A stretch of 64,000 nucleotides of DNA. It comes from Fibrobacteria bacterium. GTDB lineage: Bacteria; Fibrobacterota; Fibrobacteria; UBA11236. Each line of letters starts with the position of its first letter. Position 1 is the first letter of the stretch. Shown piece by piece: positions 37,653 to 48,420 of the stretch. The notes under the pieces were generated by a model. It was not told the DNA's origin. It ran no database searches and saw only the letters and a list, made by a program, of their open reading frames with translations. The stretch covers positions 5,698 to 69,697 of the forward strand of contig JAJNBB010000001.1 in the NCBI GenBank assembly GCA_021155885.1, in the 5' to 3' direction. Position numbers and translations under genes: made by a program.

Positions 37653-38342
37653 ATGCTCCCTTACCAAACCGACTTCATCCGCTTCATGCTTTCCGCAGGC
37701 GCGCTGCGCTTCGGCGAGTTCACCACCAAGAGCGGGCGTCAGACCCCGTATTTCATCAACACCGGCGCCTATCGTACCGGCGCCCACCTGGAGCAGCTGG
37801 GGGAATTCTACGCCCGCGCCCTGGCCGAGGCGCACGGCCGCGATTTCGACAATCTTTTCGGGCCCGCCTACAAGGGCATTCCCCTGGCCGTGGCGGCTTC
37901 CATGTCGCTGAACCGCCTCTTCGGCCACGACGTGACCTATACCTTCAATCGCAAGGAGGCCAAGGACCACGGCGAGGGAGGCTTGCTGGTGGGCTACGAT
38001 TACAAGGCCTGGGCCGGGGAGGCTCCGTGCCGCGTGGTGCTGATCGAGGACGTCACCACCGCGGGCACTTCGGTGCGCGAGTCGCTGCCGTTCATCCAGG
38101 CGGGGGGCAAGGCGCGCGCCGTCGGCCTCGTCGTCTCGGTGGACCGCATGGAAAAGGGCGCGGGCGAGCGGCCCGCGCTGCGCGAGATCCGGGAGGAATA
38201 CGGCCTGAAAACCGCCGCGATCGTATCGGTGCTCGACCTGATCGCCTATCTCGAAACGGAGGAGGGGGCGCCGTACCTGGAACAGGATGCGTCCTTGCCG
38301 GCCCGCATGCGCGCCTACCGCGAGCAATACGGCGCCGTTTAA
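37653..38342 (+). CDS. pyrE: orotate phosphoribosyltransferase
   Basis: FGEFTTKSGRQTPYFIN and the PRPP motif VVLIEDVTTAGTS. Confidence 0.9.
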   Translation: MLPYQTDFIRFMLSAGALRFGEFTTKSGRQTPYFINTGAYRTGAHLEQLGEFYARALAEAHGRDFDNLFGPAYKGIPLAVAASMSLNRLFGHDVTYTFNRKEAKDHGEGGLLVGYDYKAWAGEAPCRVVLIEDVTTAGTSVRESLPFIQAGGKARAVGLVVSVDRMEKGAGERPALREIREEYGLKTAAIVSVLDLIAYLETEEGAPYLEQDASLPARMRAYREQYGAV

Positions 38343-38343
38343 C

Positions 38344-38363
38344 GGGGGCAAGGCCTTGCCCCC
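38344..38363. terminator. GC-rich palindrome between convergent genes (possible bidirectional terminator)
   Basis: Perfect 20-nt palindrome gggggcaagg/ccttgccccc with no clear U-tract. Confidence 0.45.
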
Positions 38364-38374
38364 AACCACCCGGC

Positions 38375-39268
38375 TTATTTTTTCTTCGAAGTCGTCGTTT
38401 TCTTCTTCGCCGGGGCGGCCTTTTTAGAGGTCGGCTTGGCGGCGGCCTTTTTCTTTTCAAGTTCCGCGTCGCTCGCGCCGCCGTAGCTCTCCGGGGCCAG
38501 GGCGAAGGACAGCTGTCCATAGCCGTAGCGGGGGTCCTTGCGGATGAAGGCCACGCCGAACCGGTTCAGGAAGGTGGCGCCCGGCTTGGCGGCCTTGATC
38601 GCGGCCAAATGGCCGCGCGCGATGGCCTCGCGCACGATCGGCCCGCCCTTGGCGGCGGCCAGGGCGCTGTCCAGCGTCGTGGTGTCGGCCTCGTCATGAA
38701 CCCGGATGACCGGCAGGATTCCGGTGGAGAACTCCACGTAGGACACGGAGTGCACGTCGATGTCGCCCGCGGGCGTGTTCCATACCTGCGCGTCCGCGAT
38801 GCGGTTCCTGGTATCGCCCTCGAAGGTCTTGTTGTAGGCGCCCGCGATTTCAAGGGAAGTGGAGTCCTTGAAGTACAGGTGCATCACGATCAGGGGCGCG
38901 CGCCGGTTCGTCTCGGTGGCGAAGCGGTACTCCCGGAAAAAGGCGGTCCGGCCGGTGCTGTCCACGACCTGGGTTCCGGTCATGAACTGGTCCAGCGAAT
39001 CCCCGATGAAGCGGGACAGCCAGGTGACCTGCTCGGCGAAGCCCTTGAGGTTTTCGTCGTTGAGGCTCGCGCGCACGCTGTCCTCGAAATAATGCTTCAG
39101 GGAGTCGGTCGGCACGCCGCGCAGGATGCCCGTAAGGGCCCGGCGCCCGACGTCTTCCTGGGTCAAGGTCGGCTCCGGGGGCTTGACGGGGGAGGGGGCC
39201 TTTTTTTTCGCGAAGGAGAGCGAGGCCGAAAGCAGGAGGCCCATGCACAGGGCGGGGACGAATTTCAT
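38375..39268 (-). CDS. secreted hypothetical protein with Lys/Ala-rich C-terminal tail
   Basis: Signal peptide MKFVPALCMGLLLSASLSFA. Tail is ELEKKKAAAKPTSKKAAPAKKKTTTSKKK. Confidence 0.6.
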   Translation of the reverse strand: MKFVPALCMGLLLSASLSFAKKKAPSPVKPPEPTLTQEDVGRRALTGILRGVPTDSLKHYFEDSVRASLNDENLKGFAEQVTWLSRFIGDSLDQFMTGTQVVDSTGRTAFFREYRFATETNRRAPLIVMHLYFKDSTSLEIAGAYNKTFEGDTRNRIADAQVWNTPAGDIDVHSVSYVEFSTGILPVIRVHDEADTTTLDSALAAAKGGPIVREAIARGHLAAIKAAKPGATFLNRFGVAFIRKDPRYGYGQLSFALAPESYGGASDAELEKKKAAAKPTSKKAAPAKKKTTTSKKK

Positions 39269-39308
39269 GAAAGCCCCTTTCAGGGGATAAAGGCCGGGTT
39301 TCCCGGGG

Positions 39309-40427
39309 TCAGCCGGGTTCCTTCAGGATGCGCAGCGGCATGACGATGAAGAAATAGTTGGGGTTGTCGACCGCGGGCTCGATGACGATGGCGCCCAGCG
39401 GGTTGTTGAATTTCATGAGGATTTCCTCGCTGTTCGCCAGGCGGAGTTCCTCGAGCAGATAGGTGGCGTTCACGCCGACTTCCACCGGGTCGCCCGTGAA
39501 CTGCACCGGAATCGATTCCTCGGAATCGCCGCCCAGATCGGGGTTCTTCGCCGAAAGCTGCAGCGAGCGGTCCTGGAAGTTGAAGACCACGAGCCGGGTC
39601 TTGGAGTTGGCCATGGTCGAGACGCGGCGCAGCACCGAGATCAGCTGTTCGCGGTTGCAGCGCATCACGCGGGAGAATTCCTTCGGCACCACGTTTTCGT
39701 AGTTGGGGTAGGGGCCGTCGATGAGCTTGGTCAGGATGGTGATCGTGGGCGTGCTGAAGCGGGCCTGGGCGGCGCCGATCTCGATCTCGATTTCCTGGTC
39801 GGCGTCCTCCGCCATGCGGAGCACCTGGGTCAGGGTCTTCGGGGGAAGGATCACGCCGGGCTTGAGATTGGCGCCGGACAAGTCGATCCAGGCCTTGCCG
39901 AAACGGTGACCGTCGGTGGAGACCATGTCGAAGTGGCCGCCCTTGCCCTCGCAGTAGACGCCGGTCAGGCTCATGCGGCTGAAATCGGAGGATACGGCGA
40001 AGGCGGTCTTTTCCGCGAGGAAGCGCAGGTCCTTCAGCGGGGCGCGGAAGGCCTTGCCATGCTCGACCTCGGGCAGGGAAGGGTACTCGGAGGCGTCGTA
40101 GCCGGTCAGGTTGCCCTGGAATCCCGACTCCGACTTGATGGTGAACAGGTAGTCGTCCACCGAGACCAGCACCGGGAAGTCGGGAAGCTCCTTGACCACC
40201 TCCAGCAGCTTGCGGGCGTTGACGACGATGGCGCCGTCCTCATGGCCTTCGACCTCGAGCTTCAGCACGATGGTCATGTCGAGATCGGTGGCACGGATCT
40301 CCAGCTCGTTGCCCTTGAGCTGGAACAGGAGGTTGTAGAGGATCTGGAGCGTGGTTTTGCTGGGGATGGCGTTGCACGCCATCTGGAGGGCATCCAGGAA
40401 CACCGGTTTTTGGGCCTCGAACTTCAT
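39309..40427 (-). CDS. dnaN: DNA polymerase III beta sliding clamp
   Basis: Start at the ATG 40427 preceded by gggag. MKFEAQKPVFLDALQMACNAIPSKTTLQIL... 372 aa, the typical three-domain clamp length. Confidence 0.9.
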   Translation of the reverse strand: MKFEAQKPVFLDALQMACNAIPSKTTLQILYNLLFQLKGNELEIRATDLDMTIVLKLEVEGHEDGAIVVNARKLLEVVKELPDFPVLVSVDDYLFTIKSESGFQGNLTGYDASEYPSLPEVEHGKAFRAPLKDLRFLAEKTAFAVSSDFSRMSLTGVYCEGKGGHFDMVSTDGHRFGKAWIDLSGANLKPGVILPPKTLTQVLRMAEDADQEIEIEIGAAQARFSTPTITILTKLIDGPYPNYENVVPKEFSRVMRCNREQLISVLRRVSTMANSKTRLVVFNFQDRSLQLSAKNPDLGGDSEESIPVQFTGDPVEVGVNATYLLEELRLANSEEILMKFNNPLGAIVIEPAVDNPNYFFIVMPLRILKEPG

Positions 40428-40650
40428 GCGGCTGGCTCCCTGTTTTCTCGCTCGGAGTGTCCCGGCGGGCGCACGCCCGTGGACGGAATTTATGCCCGGG
40501 AAAGATAATCTATCGCTCCCGGAGGGTCCGGTATTCCCGTGATTTTCCATGCGCCGAAGAAAGCGCAAGATGCTAATTTTGGATGGCCCAACCGTTTTCC
40601 CCCCGCAGTTCGCCGAGTCCACGGCCGGGGGAATCAGGAGAGTCCGAAGC

Positions 40651-41838
40651 ATGATTATTGAGCCGAAAATCCGGGGATTTCTATGCACCACCGCGCATCC
40701 CGAGGGATGCCGAGCCGGGGTCGAAGAGCAGATCCGGTACGTCCAAAAGGGCGGCATGATCCCGGGGGGGGCGAAAAAAGCCCTGATTATCGGCGCCTCC
40801 ACCGGCTATGGCCTCGCGTCGCGCATCGTCGCCGCCTTCGGCTGCGGCGCCGACACCCTGGCGGTGTCCTTCGAGCGTCCCTCCGAGCGCGATCGGACGG
40901 CTTCGCCGGGGTGGTACCAGACCAAGGCGCTGGAAGAAGCCGCCCGCAAGGCGGGCCTGTACGCCGAAAGCTTCAACGGCGACGCCTTCTCGAATGAAAT
41001 GAAGGACCAGGTGATCGCCGAGCTGAAAAAAAACGTGGGTCCGGTCGATCTCTTCGTCTACAGCCTGGCCTCGCCCCGCCGCACGCATCCCGTGACCGGC
41101 ATCGCCTACCGCTCCACCCTGAAGCCGATCGGCGCCTCCTACACCAACAAGACCCTCGACTTCAACACCGGCGTCGTCAGCGAGGTCACTCTCGATCCCG
41201 CGACCCCCGAGGAAGTGGAGCACACGATCCAGGTGATGGGCGGCGAGGACTGGGAGATGTGGACCGACCGCCTGATCCGGGAGGGCCTGCTGGCCCCCGG
41301 CGCGAAGGTGCTGGCTTATTCCTACATCGGCCCCGACGTCACCCAGCCCGTCTACCGCAACGGCACCATCGGCGCGGCGAAGGATCATCTCGAGGCGACG
41401 GCGCACCGCCTCCACGACAAGGTGAAGGCCTCCGGCGGTTCCGCCCACGTCTCCGTCAACAAGGCCCTGGTCACCCAGGCCAGCTCCGCCATCCCCTTCA
41501 TGCCGCTCTACATCAGCATCCTGTACAAGGTGATGAAGGAAAAAGGCATCCACGAAGGGTGCATCGAGCAGATGGACCGCCTCTTCCGCGACCGCCTGTA
41601 CAAGGGCGGGCCCGGGGCCGCCATCGAAACGGACGAAAAGGGCCGCATCCGCGTCGACGACTGGGAGATGCGCGAGGACGTGCAGGCCGAGGTGAAGCGC
41701 CTGTGGCCGCAGGTGAACACCGAGAACCTGGCCAAGTGGGCGGACGGCACCGGGTACCGCGACGACTTCCTGCGCCTGTTCGGGTTCGGCATCGACGGCG
41801 TGGATTACGCCGCCGACGTTCCCGAAGACAAGATCTAG
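40651..41838 (+). CDS. fabV: trans-2-enoyl-CoA/ACP reductase (NADH)
   Basis: ATG after caggag. MIIEPKIRGF.CTTAHP.GC... is the characteristic FabV N-terminus, and IGASTGYGLA is also present. 395 aa. Confidence 0.9.
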   Translation: MIIEPKIRGFLCTTAHPEGCRAGVEEQIRYVQKGGMIPGGAKKALIIGASTGYGLASRIVAAFGCGADTLAVSFERPSERDRTASPGWYQTKALEEAARKAGLYAESFNGDAFSNEMKDQVIAELKKNVGPVDLFVYSLASPRRTHPVTGIAYRSTLKPIGASYTNKTLDFNTGVVSEVTLDPATPEEVEHTIQVMGGEDWEMWTDRLIREGLLAPGAKVLAYSYIGPDVTQPVYRNGTIGAAKDHLEATAHRLHDKVKASGGSAHVSVNKALVTQASSAIPFMPLYISILYKVMKEKGIHEGCIEQMDRLFRDRLYKGGPGAAIETDEKGRIRVDDWEMREDVQAEVKRLWPQVNTENLAKWADGTGYRDDFLRLFGFGIDGVDYAADVPEDKI

Positions 41839-41845
41839 GCGCGCG

Positions 41846-42529
41846 ATGAACCCCATCGCCGCTTATTTTCGATCTTCCATCGGCCGCAAGCAGTTGATGG
41901 GCTTGTCCGGCATCTATCTCTACATCTTCCTGCTCATCCACCTGGTAGGCAACATCGGGCTGCTCATGGGGCCCGAGCACTTCAATCAGTACGGCTACCT
42001 GCTCACGCACACCCTGCGCGAGATCATCATCCCCATCGAATTCTCCCTGCTCGCGGCTTTCCTCCTGCATCTGGGGCTGGGGTTCAAGCTGGCGGCCGAG
42101 AACCGCGCCGCGCGCCCCGAGCGCTACGCGGTCAAGGCGTCCAAGGCCCGGAGCGGCGCCTACCGCGGCTGGATGATGCTCACCGGCAGCTGGCTGCTGC
42201 TGTTCGTGATCGTGCACATGCCGCACTTCCGGTTCGGGGCCTACCGCGTCGCGCCGATCGCGAACTACGACGGCCTGGAGATGAACGACCTGTACGCCGA
42301 GGCGCTCCGCTCCTTCGCGAACCCGTGGTTCACCGGCTTCTACCTGCTCAGCTTCGCGCTGCTGTTCACCCATCTCGCCCACGGCGTCCAGAGCAGCCTG
42401 CAAAGCCTGGGCGTCAACCACCCCCGCTACAACACCGGCTTCCGCCGCTTCTCATGGGCCTACGCCGTCGTCATCTGCGGCGGGTTCGCCGCGCTGGCCG
42501 TGTGGGCCCACTTCCAGGGGAAGATTTAA
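41846..42529 (+). CDS. sdhC: succinate dehydrogenase/fumarate reductase cytochrome b subunit (b558 family)
   Basis: Five hydrophobic helices with conserved His residues. Lies immediately upstream of sdhA. Confidence 0.85.
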   Translation: MNPIAAYFRSSIGRKQLMGLSGIYLYIFLLIHLVGNIGLLMGPEHFNQYGYLLTHTLREIIIPIEFSLLAAFLLHLGLGFKLAAENRAARPERYAVKASKARSGAYRGWMMLTGSWLLLFVIVHMPHFRFGAYRVAPIANYDGLEMNDLYAEALRSFANPWFTGFYLLSFALLFTHLAHGVQSSLQSLGVNHPRYNTGFRRFSWAYAVVICGGFAALAVWAHFQGKI

Positions 42530-42531
42530 GC

Positions 42532-44445
42532 ATGATCCTCGACTCGAAAATCCCCCCGGGAGCGATGGCCGACAAGTGGACCGACTACGGCTTCAACATG
42601 AAGCTCGTGAACCCGGCCAACAAGCGCAAGCACAAGGTGATCGTGGTGGGCACGGGCCTCGCCGGCGCCTCCGCCGCGGCGAGCCTCGCGGAAAAGGGCT
42701 ACAACGTCCACGCGTTCACGTTCCAGGATTCCCCGCGCCGCGCGCACAGCATCGCCGCGCAGGGCGGCATCAACGCCGCCAAGAACTACCCCGGCGACGG
42801 CGACAGTATCCATCGCCTGTTCTACGACACGGTCAAGGGCGGGGACTTCCGCGCGCGCGAGGCGAACGTCCACCGTCTCGCCGAGATCAGCCTCAAGATC
42901 ATCGACCATTGCGTGGCGCTCGGCGTTCCGTTCGCGCGCGAGTACGGCGGTCTGCTGGACAACCGCTCGTTCGGCGGCGCGCAGGTGTCGCGCACCTTCT
43001 ACGCGCGCGGCCAGACCGGCCAGCAACTGCTGCTGGGCGCTTACCAAAGCCTCATGCGCCAGGTGGGCGAGGGCCAGGTCAAGCTGCACACCCGCCGCGA
43101 AATGCTCGACGTCGTCCTCGTCGACGGCGTGGCCCGCGGCATCATCGTGCGCGACCTGGTCACGGGCCGCCTCGAGCGCCACGAGGCCGACGCGGTCATC
43201 CTGGCCACGGGCGGGTACGGCCGCGTCTTCTACCTCTCGACCAATGCCGCCGGGTGCAACGTCACCGCCGCCTGGCGCGCCCACAAGCGCGGCGCCGCCT
43301 TCGCGAACCCCTGCTTCACGCAGATCCACCCCACCTGTGTCCCGGTCGCGGGCGACCACCAGAGCAAGCTCACGCTGATGTCGGAGAGTCTCCGCAACGA
43401 CGGGCGCGTGTGGGTCCCCCGCACGGCGGGCGACAAGCGCCCGCCCCATGACATTCCCGAGGCGGAGCGCTTTTACTTCCTTGAGGAGAAGTACCCCAGC
43501 TTCGGCAACCTCGTCCCGCGCGACGTCGCCTCCCGCAACGCCAAGCAGGTCTGCGACGCGGGCCTCGGCGTGGGCGAGTCGGGCCTGTCGGTCTATCTCG
43601 ACTTTTCCGACGCGATCAAGCGCCTCGGCGAGGGCAAGATCCGCGAGAAGTACGGCAACCTGTTCCACATGTACGACAAGATCACCGACGAGAACCCGTA
43701 CCAGGTGCCGATGCGCATTTACCCCGCGGTCCATTACACCATGGGCGGCCTGTGGGTCGATTACAACCTGATGAGCACGATCCCCGGGCTGCACGTCCTG
43801 GGCGAGGCGAACTTCTCCGACCACGGCGCCAACCGCCTCGGCGCGAGCGCGCTGATGCAGGGCCTCGCCGACGGGTATTTCGTGATCTCGCAGACTTTGG
43901 GGCACTACCTGGCGTCGACGTCCCTGCCGAAGGTGACCACCGACCACGCCGCCTTCGCCGAGGCGGAGCATGACGCGAAGGCGCACATCGACCGGTTGCT
44001 GGCGGTAAAGGGCAACGTGCCCGCGGTGGAGTTCCACAGGCGCCTGGGCAAGGTGCTGTGGGAGCATTGCGGCATGGCGCGCAACGAGGCCGGACTGAAG
44101 CTCGCCCTGCAGGAGATCCCGAAGATCCGCGCGGACTTCTGGAACAACGTCAGCGTCACGGGCGCCGGCGGGGATCTCAATATCGCGCTGGAGGAGGCGG
44201 GCCGCGTGGCGGACTTCCTCGAGTTCGGCGAGTTGATGGTGCGCGACGCGCTCACGCGCAAGGAATCGTGCGGCGGGCACTTCCGCGAGGAGTCGCAAAC
44301 CCCCGAGAACGAGGCCCTGCGCGATGACGAGAACTTCTGCCACGTGGCGGCCTGGGAATTCACCGGGGTCGATTCGGAGCCCATCCTGCACAAGGAGCCG
44401 CTCGCCTTCGAAGAGGTCCACCTGACCCAGCGGAGCTATAAGTGA
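42532..44445 (+). CDS. sdhA: succinate dehydrogenase/fumarate reductase flavoprotein subunit
   Basis: [15 protein letters not shown]-binding motif, [15 protein letters not shown] and HYTMGG motifs. 637 aa. Confidence 0.95.
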   Translation: MILDSKIPPGAMADKWTDYGFNMKLVNPANKRKHKVIVVGTGLAGASAAASLAEKGYNVHAFTFQDSPRRAHSIAAQGGINAAKNYPGDGDSIHRLFYDTVKGGDFRAREANVHRLAEISLKIIDHCVALGVPFAREYGGLLDNRSFGGAQVSRTFYARGQTGQQLLLGAYQSLMRQVGEGQVKLHTRREMLDVVLVDGVARGIIVRDLVTGRLERHEADAVILATGGYGRVFYLSTNAAGCNVTAAWRAHKRGAAFANPCFTQIHPTCVPVAGDHQSKLTLMSESLRNDGRVWVPRTAGDKRPPHDIPEAERFYFLEEKYPSFGNLVPRDVASRNAKQVCDAGLGVGESGLSVYLDFSDAIKRLGEGKIREKYGNLFHMYDKITDENPYQVPMRIYPAVHYTMGGLWVDYNLMSTIPGLHVLGEANFSDHGANRLGASALMQGLADGYFVISQTLGHYLASTSLPKVTTDHAAFAEAEHDAKAHIDRLLAVKGNVPAVEFHRRLGKVLWEHCGMARNEAGLKLALQEIPKIRADFWNNVSVTGAGGDLNIALEEAGRVADFLEFGELMVRDALTRKESCGGHFREESQTPENEALRDDENFCHVAAWEFTGVDSEPILHKEPLAFEEVHLTQRSYK

Positions 44446-44456
44446 AAAGCATACAA

Positions 44457-44515
44457 GACGGGGGACGGGGGACGGGGGACAATAGACTCCCGACCTCCGT
44501 CCCGCGGAGCGTCCC
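44457..44515. repeat. heptamer inverted-repeat element E9 (GACGGGG family)
   Basis: Left arm is 3 x gacgggg + gac (44457-44480), ~8-nt loop, right arm ctcccga cctccgt cccgcgg agcgtccc (44487-44515). Hand pairing gives a stem of about 19 bp including G-U pairs. Lies between sdhA and sdhB. Confidence 0.85.
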
Positions 44516-44533
44516 TTCCGGAGAATTTGCAGC

Positions 44534-45310
44534 ATGAATTTCAAACTTCGTCTCTGGCGCCAAAAAGACCGCACTTCGCCGGGTTCCTTCCAGGAAGTCG
44601 AGGCCCACGGCATCTCGCCCGACATGTCCTTTTTGGAAATGCTCGACGAGGTGAACAATGACATGATCCGCGCGGGCAGCGAGCCCGTGGCCTTCGAGAG
44701 CGACTGCCGCGAGGGCATTTGCGGGACCTGCTCCCTGGTGGTGGAAGGCCTGCCCCACGGTCCCGACAAGGGCACGACGGTGTGCCAGCTCTTCATGCGC
44801 CGCTTCCTGGACGGGCAAACCATCTCGGTGGAACCGTGGCGCGCGAAGGCGTTCCCGATCCTCAAGGACCTGGTGGCCGATCGCGCCGCCTTCGACGACA
44901 TCATCGCCGCCGGCGGGTTCATTTCGGCGAAGACCGGCAGCGCGCCGGACGCGAACGGCCTGCCCGTTCCGAAGAAAGACGCCGACACGGCCATGGACGC
45001 GGCGGCCTGCATCGGCTGCGGCGCCTGCGTGGCGGCCTGCCCCAACGCCTCGGCGATGCTGTTCGTGGCGGCCAAGGTCTCGCACCTCGGGCATCTGCCG
45101 CAGGGCCAGCCCGAGCGTGAGCGCCGCGTCGTGCGCATGGTGTCCAAGATGGACGAGGCCGGCTTCGGCAACTGCTCGAATCGCTACGAGTGCGAAGCCG
45201 CCTGCCCCAAGGAAATTTCGGTGGAACATATCGCCCGCATGAATCGCGACTACGGGGTCTCCAGCCTCTTCGGGTCCGAGCGCGTCCGCGCCGAGGGCGG
45301 CGCGGGCTGA
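44534..45310 (+). CDS. sdhB: succinate dehydrogenase/fumarate reductase iron-sulfur subunit
   Basis: CREGICGTC (2Fe-2S), [12 protein letters not shown] and [12 protein letters not shown] cluster motifs. Confidence 0.95.
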   Translation: MNFKLRLWRQKDRTSPGSFQEVEAHGISPDMSFLEMLDEVNNDMIRAGSEPVAFESDCREGICGTCSLVVEGLPHGPDKGTTVCQLFMRRFLDGQTISVEPWRAKAFPILKDLVADRAAFDDIIAAGGFISAKTGSAPDANGLPVPKKDADTAMDAAACIGCGACVAACPNASAMLFVAAKVSHLGHLPQGQPERERRVVRMVSKMDEAGFGNCSNRYECEAACPKEISVEHIARMNRDYGVSSLFGSERVRAEGGAG

Positions 45311-45348
45311 CGGCCCGCCCCCGCCCCTCTTAGAACCCGGCTTTCCTC

Positions 45349-47469
45349 ATGAAGACTGCGGTTCCGGTCCTTCTCCTGCTCGTCGCGGCGCTGCTTCCCT
45401 CGCCGGCGCGGGGCGAACCTTCCTATTCCCCCGCGCCCGCGTTCCGGTTGAGCGACGTCGAGGGAAACCCCTTCCAGCTCGAGGACCTGCGCGGGCACGT
45501 GGTCCTGCTCAACTTCTGGGCCACCTATTGCATTCCCTGTCTCACGGAACTCGAGGCCTACCGCGCCTTGCAACTGCGTCATGCGAACGAAGCGGGGCCG
45601 GGCCTGCCCGGCGGTTTACGGATCGTGGCGGTCTCGGTGGACGGGCCGCAAACCGTCGCCCGCGCGCGGTCCTTCGCCCGCACCCGCGCCTTCCCGTTCC
45701 CCGTCGTCCTGGATCCCGAGCAGGACGCCTACCGTCTCTATAACGTCTCCGTGATGCCCACGAGCCTCCTGATCGACGCGGAGGGGCGCATCGTCCATCG
45801 CCAGGAGGGGTTCCAGCCCGGCGACGAGGCCGATCTCGAGCGCCGCATCGAGGCCCTGCTGGCCGGGATGCGGGCGGATTCCGCGGCCGCTTCCGGGAAG
45901 CCGTCCGACGGGCCGGTCGCGGCGCTCGTCCCGGCCTCCCTGGCCGACAAGGTCGCGCTCTCGGGGTCCAACTTCCTGCGCGCCAATTACGGCAAGGAAA
46001 GCCGCGACCTGCCCGCCGCCAACGGATGGCTGGAGGACTGGTTCGATTTCCGGCTGGCGGGCGGCGGCCTGAGCTACGAGGCGCGCTTCCGGGCCTACCA
46101 GTTCCTGCGCGACCTCCCGGATTCCCGCGAGAACGTGGTGCGCGACCCGAACGCGCGCGTGGTCAAGCAGACCTTTGCCTACGAAAGCGAGCGCGCCGAC
46201 ATCCGCGCGGGTAACTTCTATGGTACCCTAAACCGCGGCCTTGTCCTGCGGATGTTCGAGGACCGCCAGGCCCGCATCGACAAGGACGTCGAGGGCGCGT
46301 GGGCGGCGCTCAAGCTGGGCTCGGGCGGGGGGCAGCGGGGCCGGGTCTCGGTTTTCGGGGGTAAAACCTACGCGCGCTTCACGGACTTGTACGCGCTGGA
46401 CGCCGACGAGGAGAACCAGCGAAACACGCACCTGCAGGGCGCCGAAGGCGAATGGGAGCCGCGCGCGGGCGTCCGCCTGGGCGCGCAGGCGCTGGAGGCC
46501 TTCCGCGACAGCTGGCACGTCCGCATGCTGGCCGGCAACGGCGAGATCCTGTGGGGGCCCACCACCTTGTACCTGGGCTATGCCGGCCTGACCGGGCAGG
46601 ACGCGTTCAACTACCCGAACGATTTCCACGGGCGCGCGCTGTACGGCTCGCTGTCGCAAAACTGGGGGCGGCTCGAGGTCGGCGCCGAGTACAAGTACTA
46701 CTACAACTACGACCTCGGCTTCGCCGAGCCGCCAAGCCTGCTCAAGTACCATACGCACCGGCTAATGGCCCGCGACCTGCTCTTCTCCAACAACCAGAAC
46801 GAGCGGGGCGCGCTGGTCCGCGGGGCCTGGCGCTTCACCGACCGGAATTTTTACGGGCTCAACGTCTCCACGATCGAGTCGCACCCCGAGCGCAACCCCG
46901 CCTTGCTCATCCACCACGTCGCGCTGCCGTATCTCGACGTGGACCAGTCGCTCCAGCTCGGCGCGGCCGATGGAAGCACGCTGCTTGCGAACCTCGACTG
47001 GAACCGCCAGCGCCGGTTCGAGGCGGGCGCCTTCGAGGACATCGAAGCGGCGACGCTGGGGCTCACCGCCACGCGCCCGCTGCCGGGTCCCTGGAACCTC
47101 CAGGCCGAGGCCGAAATCCAGCGCCGCGAGGTCGACTATCGTTCCTTGGTGCCCGGCAACGCCTCTTCCGGGACGCCCGGGCAGGTCGGCGCCGTGACGG
47201 ACAGCGAACAGCCCTGGCTGGGCGTGCTGTCGGCCACGCTGGGCCGCAACTCGGCGTGGACCTTCACGCTGGACTATGAAATGACGACTTCGGATCGCGC
47301 GCGCGAAAGCACCTGGGCCTCGGCCTACTTCACGCTTTCGGCCCTCGCGGGCCACCAGATCAGCCTGTGGTTCGGCCAGCGCCAGGAGCGGGTCGTCTGC
47401 TCCGGCGGCAGCTGCCGCGTCGAACCCGCGTTCGAAGGGGGGGAACTGACATGGATCACCCACTTTTAA
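45349..47469 (+). CDS. TlpA/redoxin-like thioredoxin domain fused to a large beta-barrel-like domain
   Basis: Signal peptide. LLNFWATYCIPC (CxxC) thioredoxin fold in the first ~170 aa. The C-terminal ~500 aa are Tyr/Gly/Asn-rich beta-strand sequence ending ELTWITHF. Confidence 0.75.
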   Translation: MKTAVPVLLLLVAALLPSPARGEPSYSPAPAFRLSDVEGNPFQLEDLRGHVVLLNFWATYCIPCLTELEAYRALQLRHANEAGPGLPGGLRIVAVSVDGPQTVARARSFARTRAFPFPVVLDPEQDAYRLYNVSVMPTSLLIDAEGRIVHRQEGFQPGDEADLERRIEALLAGMRADSAAASGKPSDGPVAALVPASLADKVALSGSNFLRANYGKESRDLPAANGWLEDWFDFRLAGGGLSYEARFRAYQFLRDLPDSRENVVRDPNARVVKQTFAYESERADIRAGNFYGTLNRGLVLRMFEDRQARIDKDVEGAWAALKLGSGGGQRGRVSVFGGKTYARFTDLYALDADEENQRNTHLQGAEGEWEPRAGVRLGAQALEAFRDSWHVRMLAGNGEILWGPTTLYLGYAGLTGQDAFNYPNDFHGRALYGSLSQNWGRLEVGAEYKYYYNYDLGFAEPPSLLKYHTHRLMARDLLFSNNQNERGALVRGAWRFTDRNFYGLNVSTIESHPERNPALLIHHVALPYLDVDQSLQLGAADGSTLLANLDWNRQRRFEAGAFEDIEAATLGLTATRPLPGPWNLQAEAEIQRREVDYRSLVPGNASSGTPGQVGAVTDSEQPWLGVLSATLGRNSAWTFTLDYEMTTSDRARESTWASAYFTLSALAGHQISLWFGQRQERVVCSGGSCRVEPAFEGGELTWITHF

Positions 47470-48383
47470 GAAAACGGATCGGGGGGCTGCGCGCGGGCGG
47501 GACGGCCGCGGTGCTCTTCGCGGTCTCCTGGCTGCTTTGCGCCTGCATCCCCTTCGACGACCCGCTGGAGGAAATCGACCCCGCGCTCATCTTCGTTTAC
47601 CTTCCCGCCGCGGAGAATTTCCCGGTGGCGCGCGGGCACATCCTCGAGTCGTTCGGCGCGTACGGCTGCGCTTCGTGCCCCGACGCCGAGGGCCGCCTGA
47701 GTCCCTATCTCGACGAGGCGTCGCCCGCCCACAATCCCCGTCTTTTCATCGTGAACTATCACGTCGCCTTTCCCAGCACGCTGGAGGATCCCTGGATCAC
47801 CGCGGGCACGCAGGCCCGCCACGACGCCTTCGGGTTCACCAGCCTGCCCCAGGTCAAGCTGAACGGGTCGAACGCGCCTTATGGAATCCGCGAAAAGGAC
47901 GTGCGCTTCGCGCAGGGAGAATACGATTCGCTGATTCGCCGCGCGCGTCGCGTCGACAGCCTCACCTATATCGACTTCCGGATCGATACCGCGGCATCGG
48001 GTTACGACAGCGCCGCGCGCCGCATGGAGGTCCGGTTCACGGTGCTCAACCGCGCGACGTCGGCGCAGGGCGCGCTTTCCTTCCGGGTGCTGGCGGTCAA
48101 GAACCGTTCCGTGACGATTCCCATCCTGCCGAACCATCCCTGGGAAGTGATCGTCGCCGAAACGACGGAGCGCGACACGATGGCCGCGCTGATGGCGCTC
48201 TCCGGCATGCCCGCCCTCTCGGCCAAAACCTGGGTGGCGCGCCTGCAGATCCCGCTGGAATCCGAGCGCGACCCCGCGCCGTCCGATCCGGAAAATCCCT
48301 CCGGTTATGCCCTGATCGTGTTCGCCAAAAACGCGGCGGGGGTGGTTCTGAGCGCTTCCGGTTGGCGTTTTTCGCCAGAATAG
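47451..48383 (+). CDS. lipoprotein with CxxC motif (hypothetical)
   Basis: The ATG at 47451 overlaps the upstream gene by 19 nt. AVLFAVSWLLCAC is lipobox-like. YGCASCPDAE is a CxxC motif. Confidence 0.55.
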   Translation: MDHPLLRKRIGGLRAGGTAAVLFAVSWLLCACIPFDDPLEEIDPALIFVYLPAAENFPVARGHILESFGAYGCASCPDAEGRLSPYLDEASPAHNPRLFIVNYHVAFPSTLEDPWITAGTQARHDAFGFTSLPQVKLNGSNAPYGIREKDVRFAQGEYDSLIRRARRVDSLTYIDFRIDTAASGYDSAARRMEVRFTVLNRATSAQGALSFRVLAVKNRSVTIPILPNHPWEVIVAETTERDTMAALMALSGMPALSAKTWVARLQIPLESERDPAPSDPENPSGYALIVFAKNAAGVVLSASGWRFSPE

Positions 48384-48420
48384 GCCGGTAGGATAGAAAC
48401 GCGCGGCGGGAGGAGGACCG

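Noticed and set aside
40428-40650. oriC / DnaA-box cluster next to dnaN.
   Set aside because: Visual inspection found no close matches to TTATCCACA on either strand and no AT-rich unwinding element. dnaA is absent from the window.
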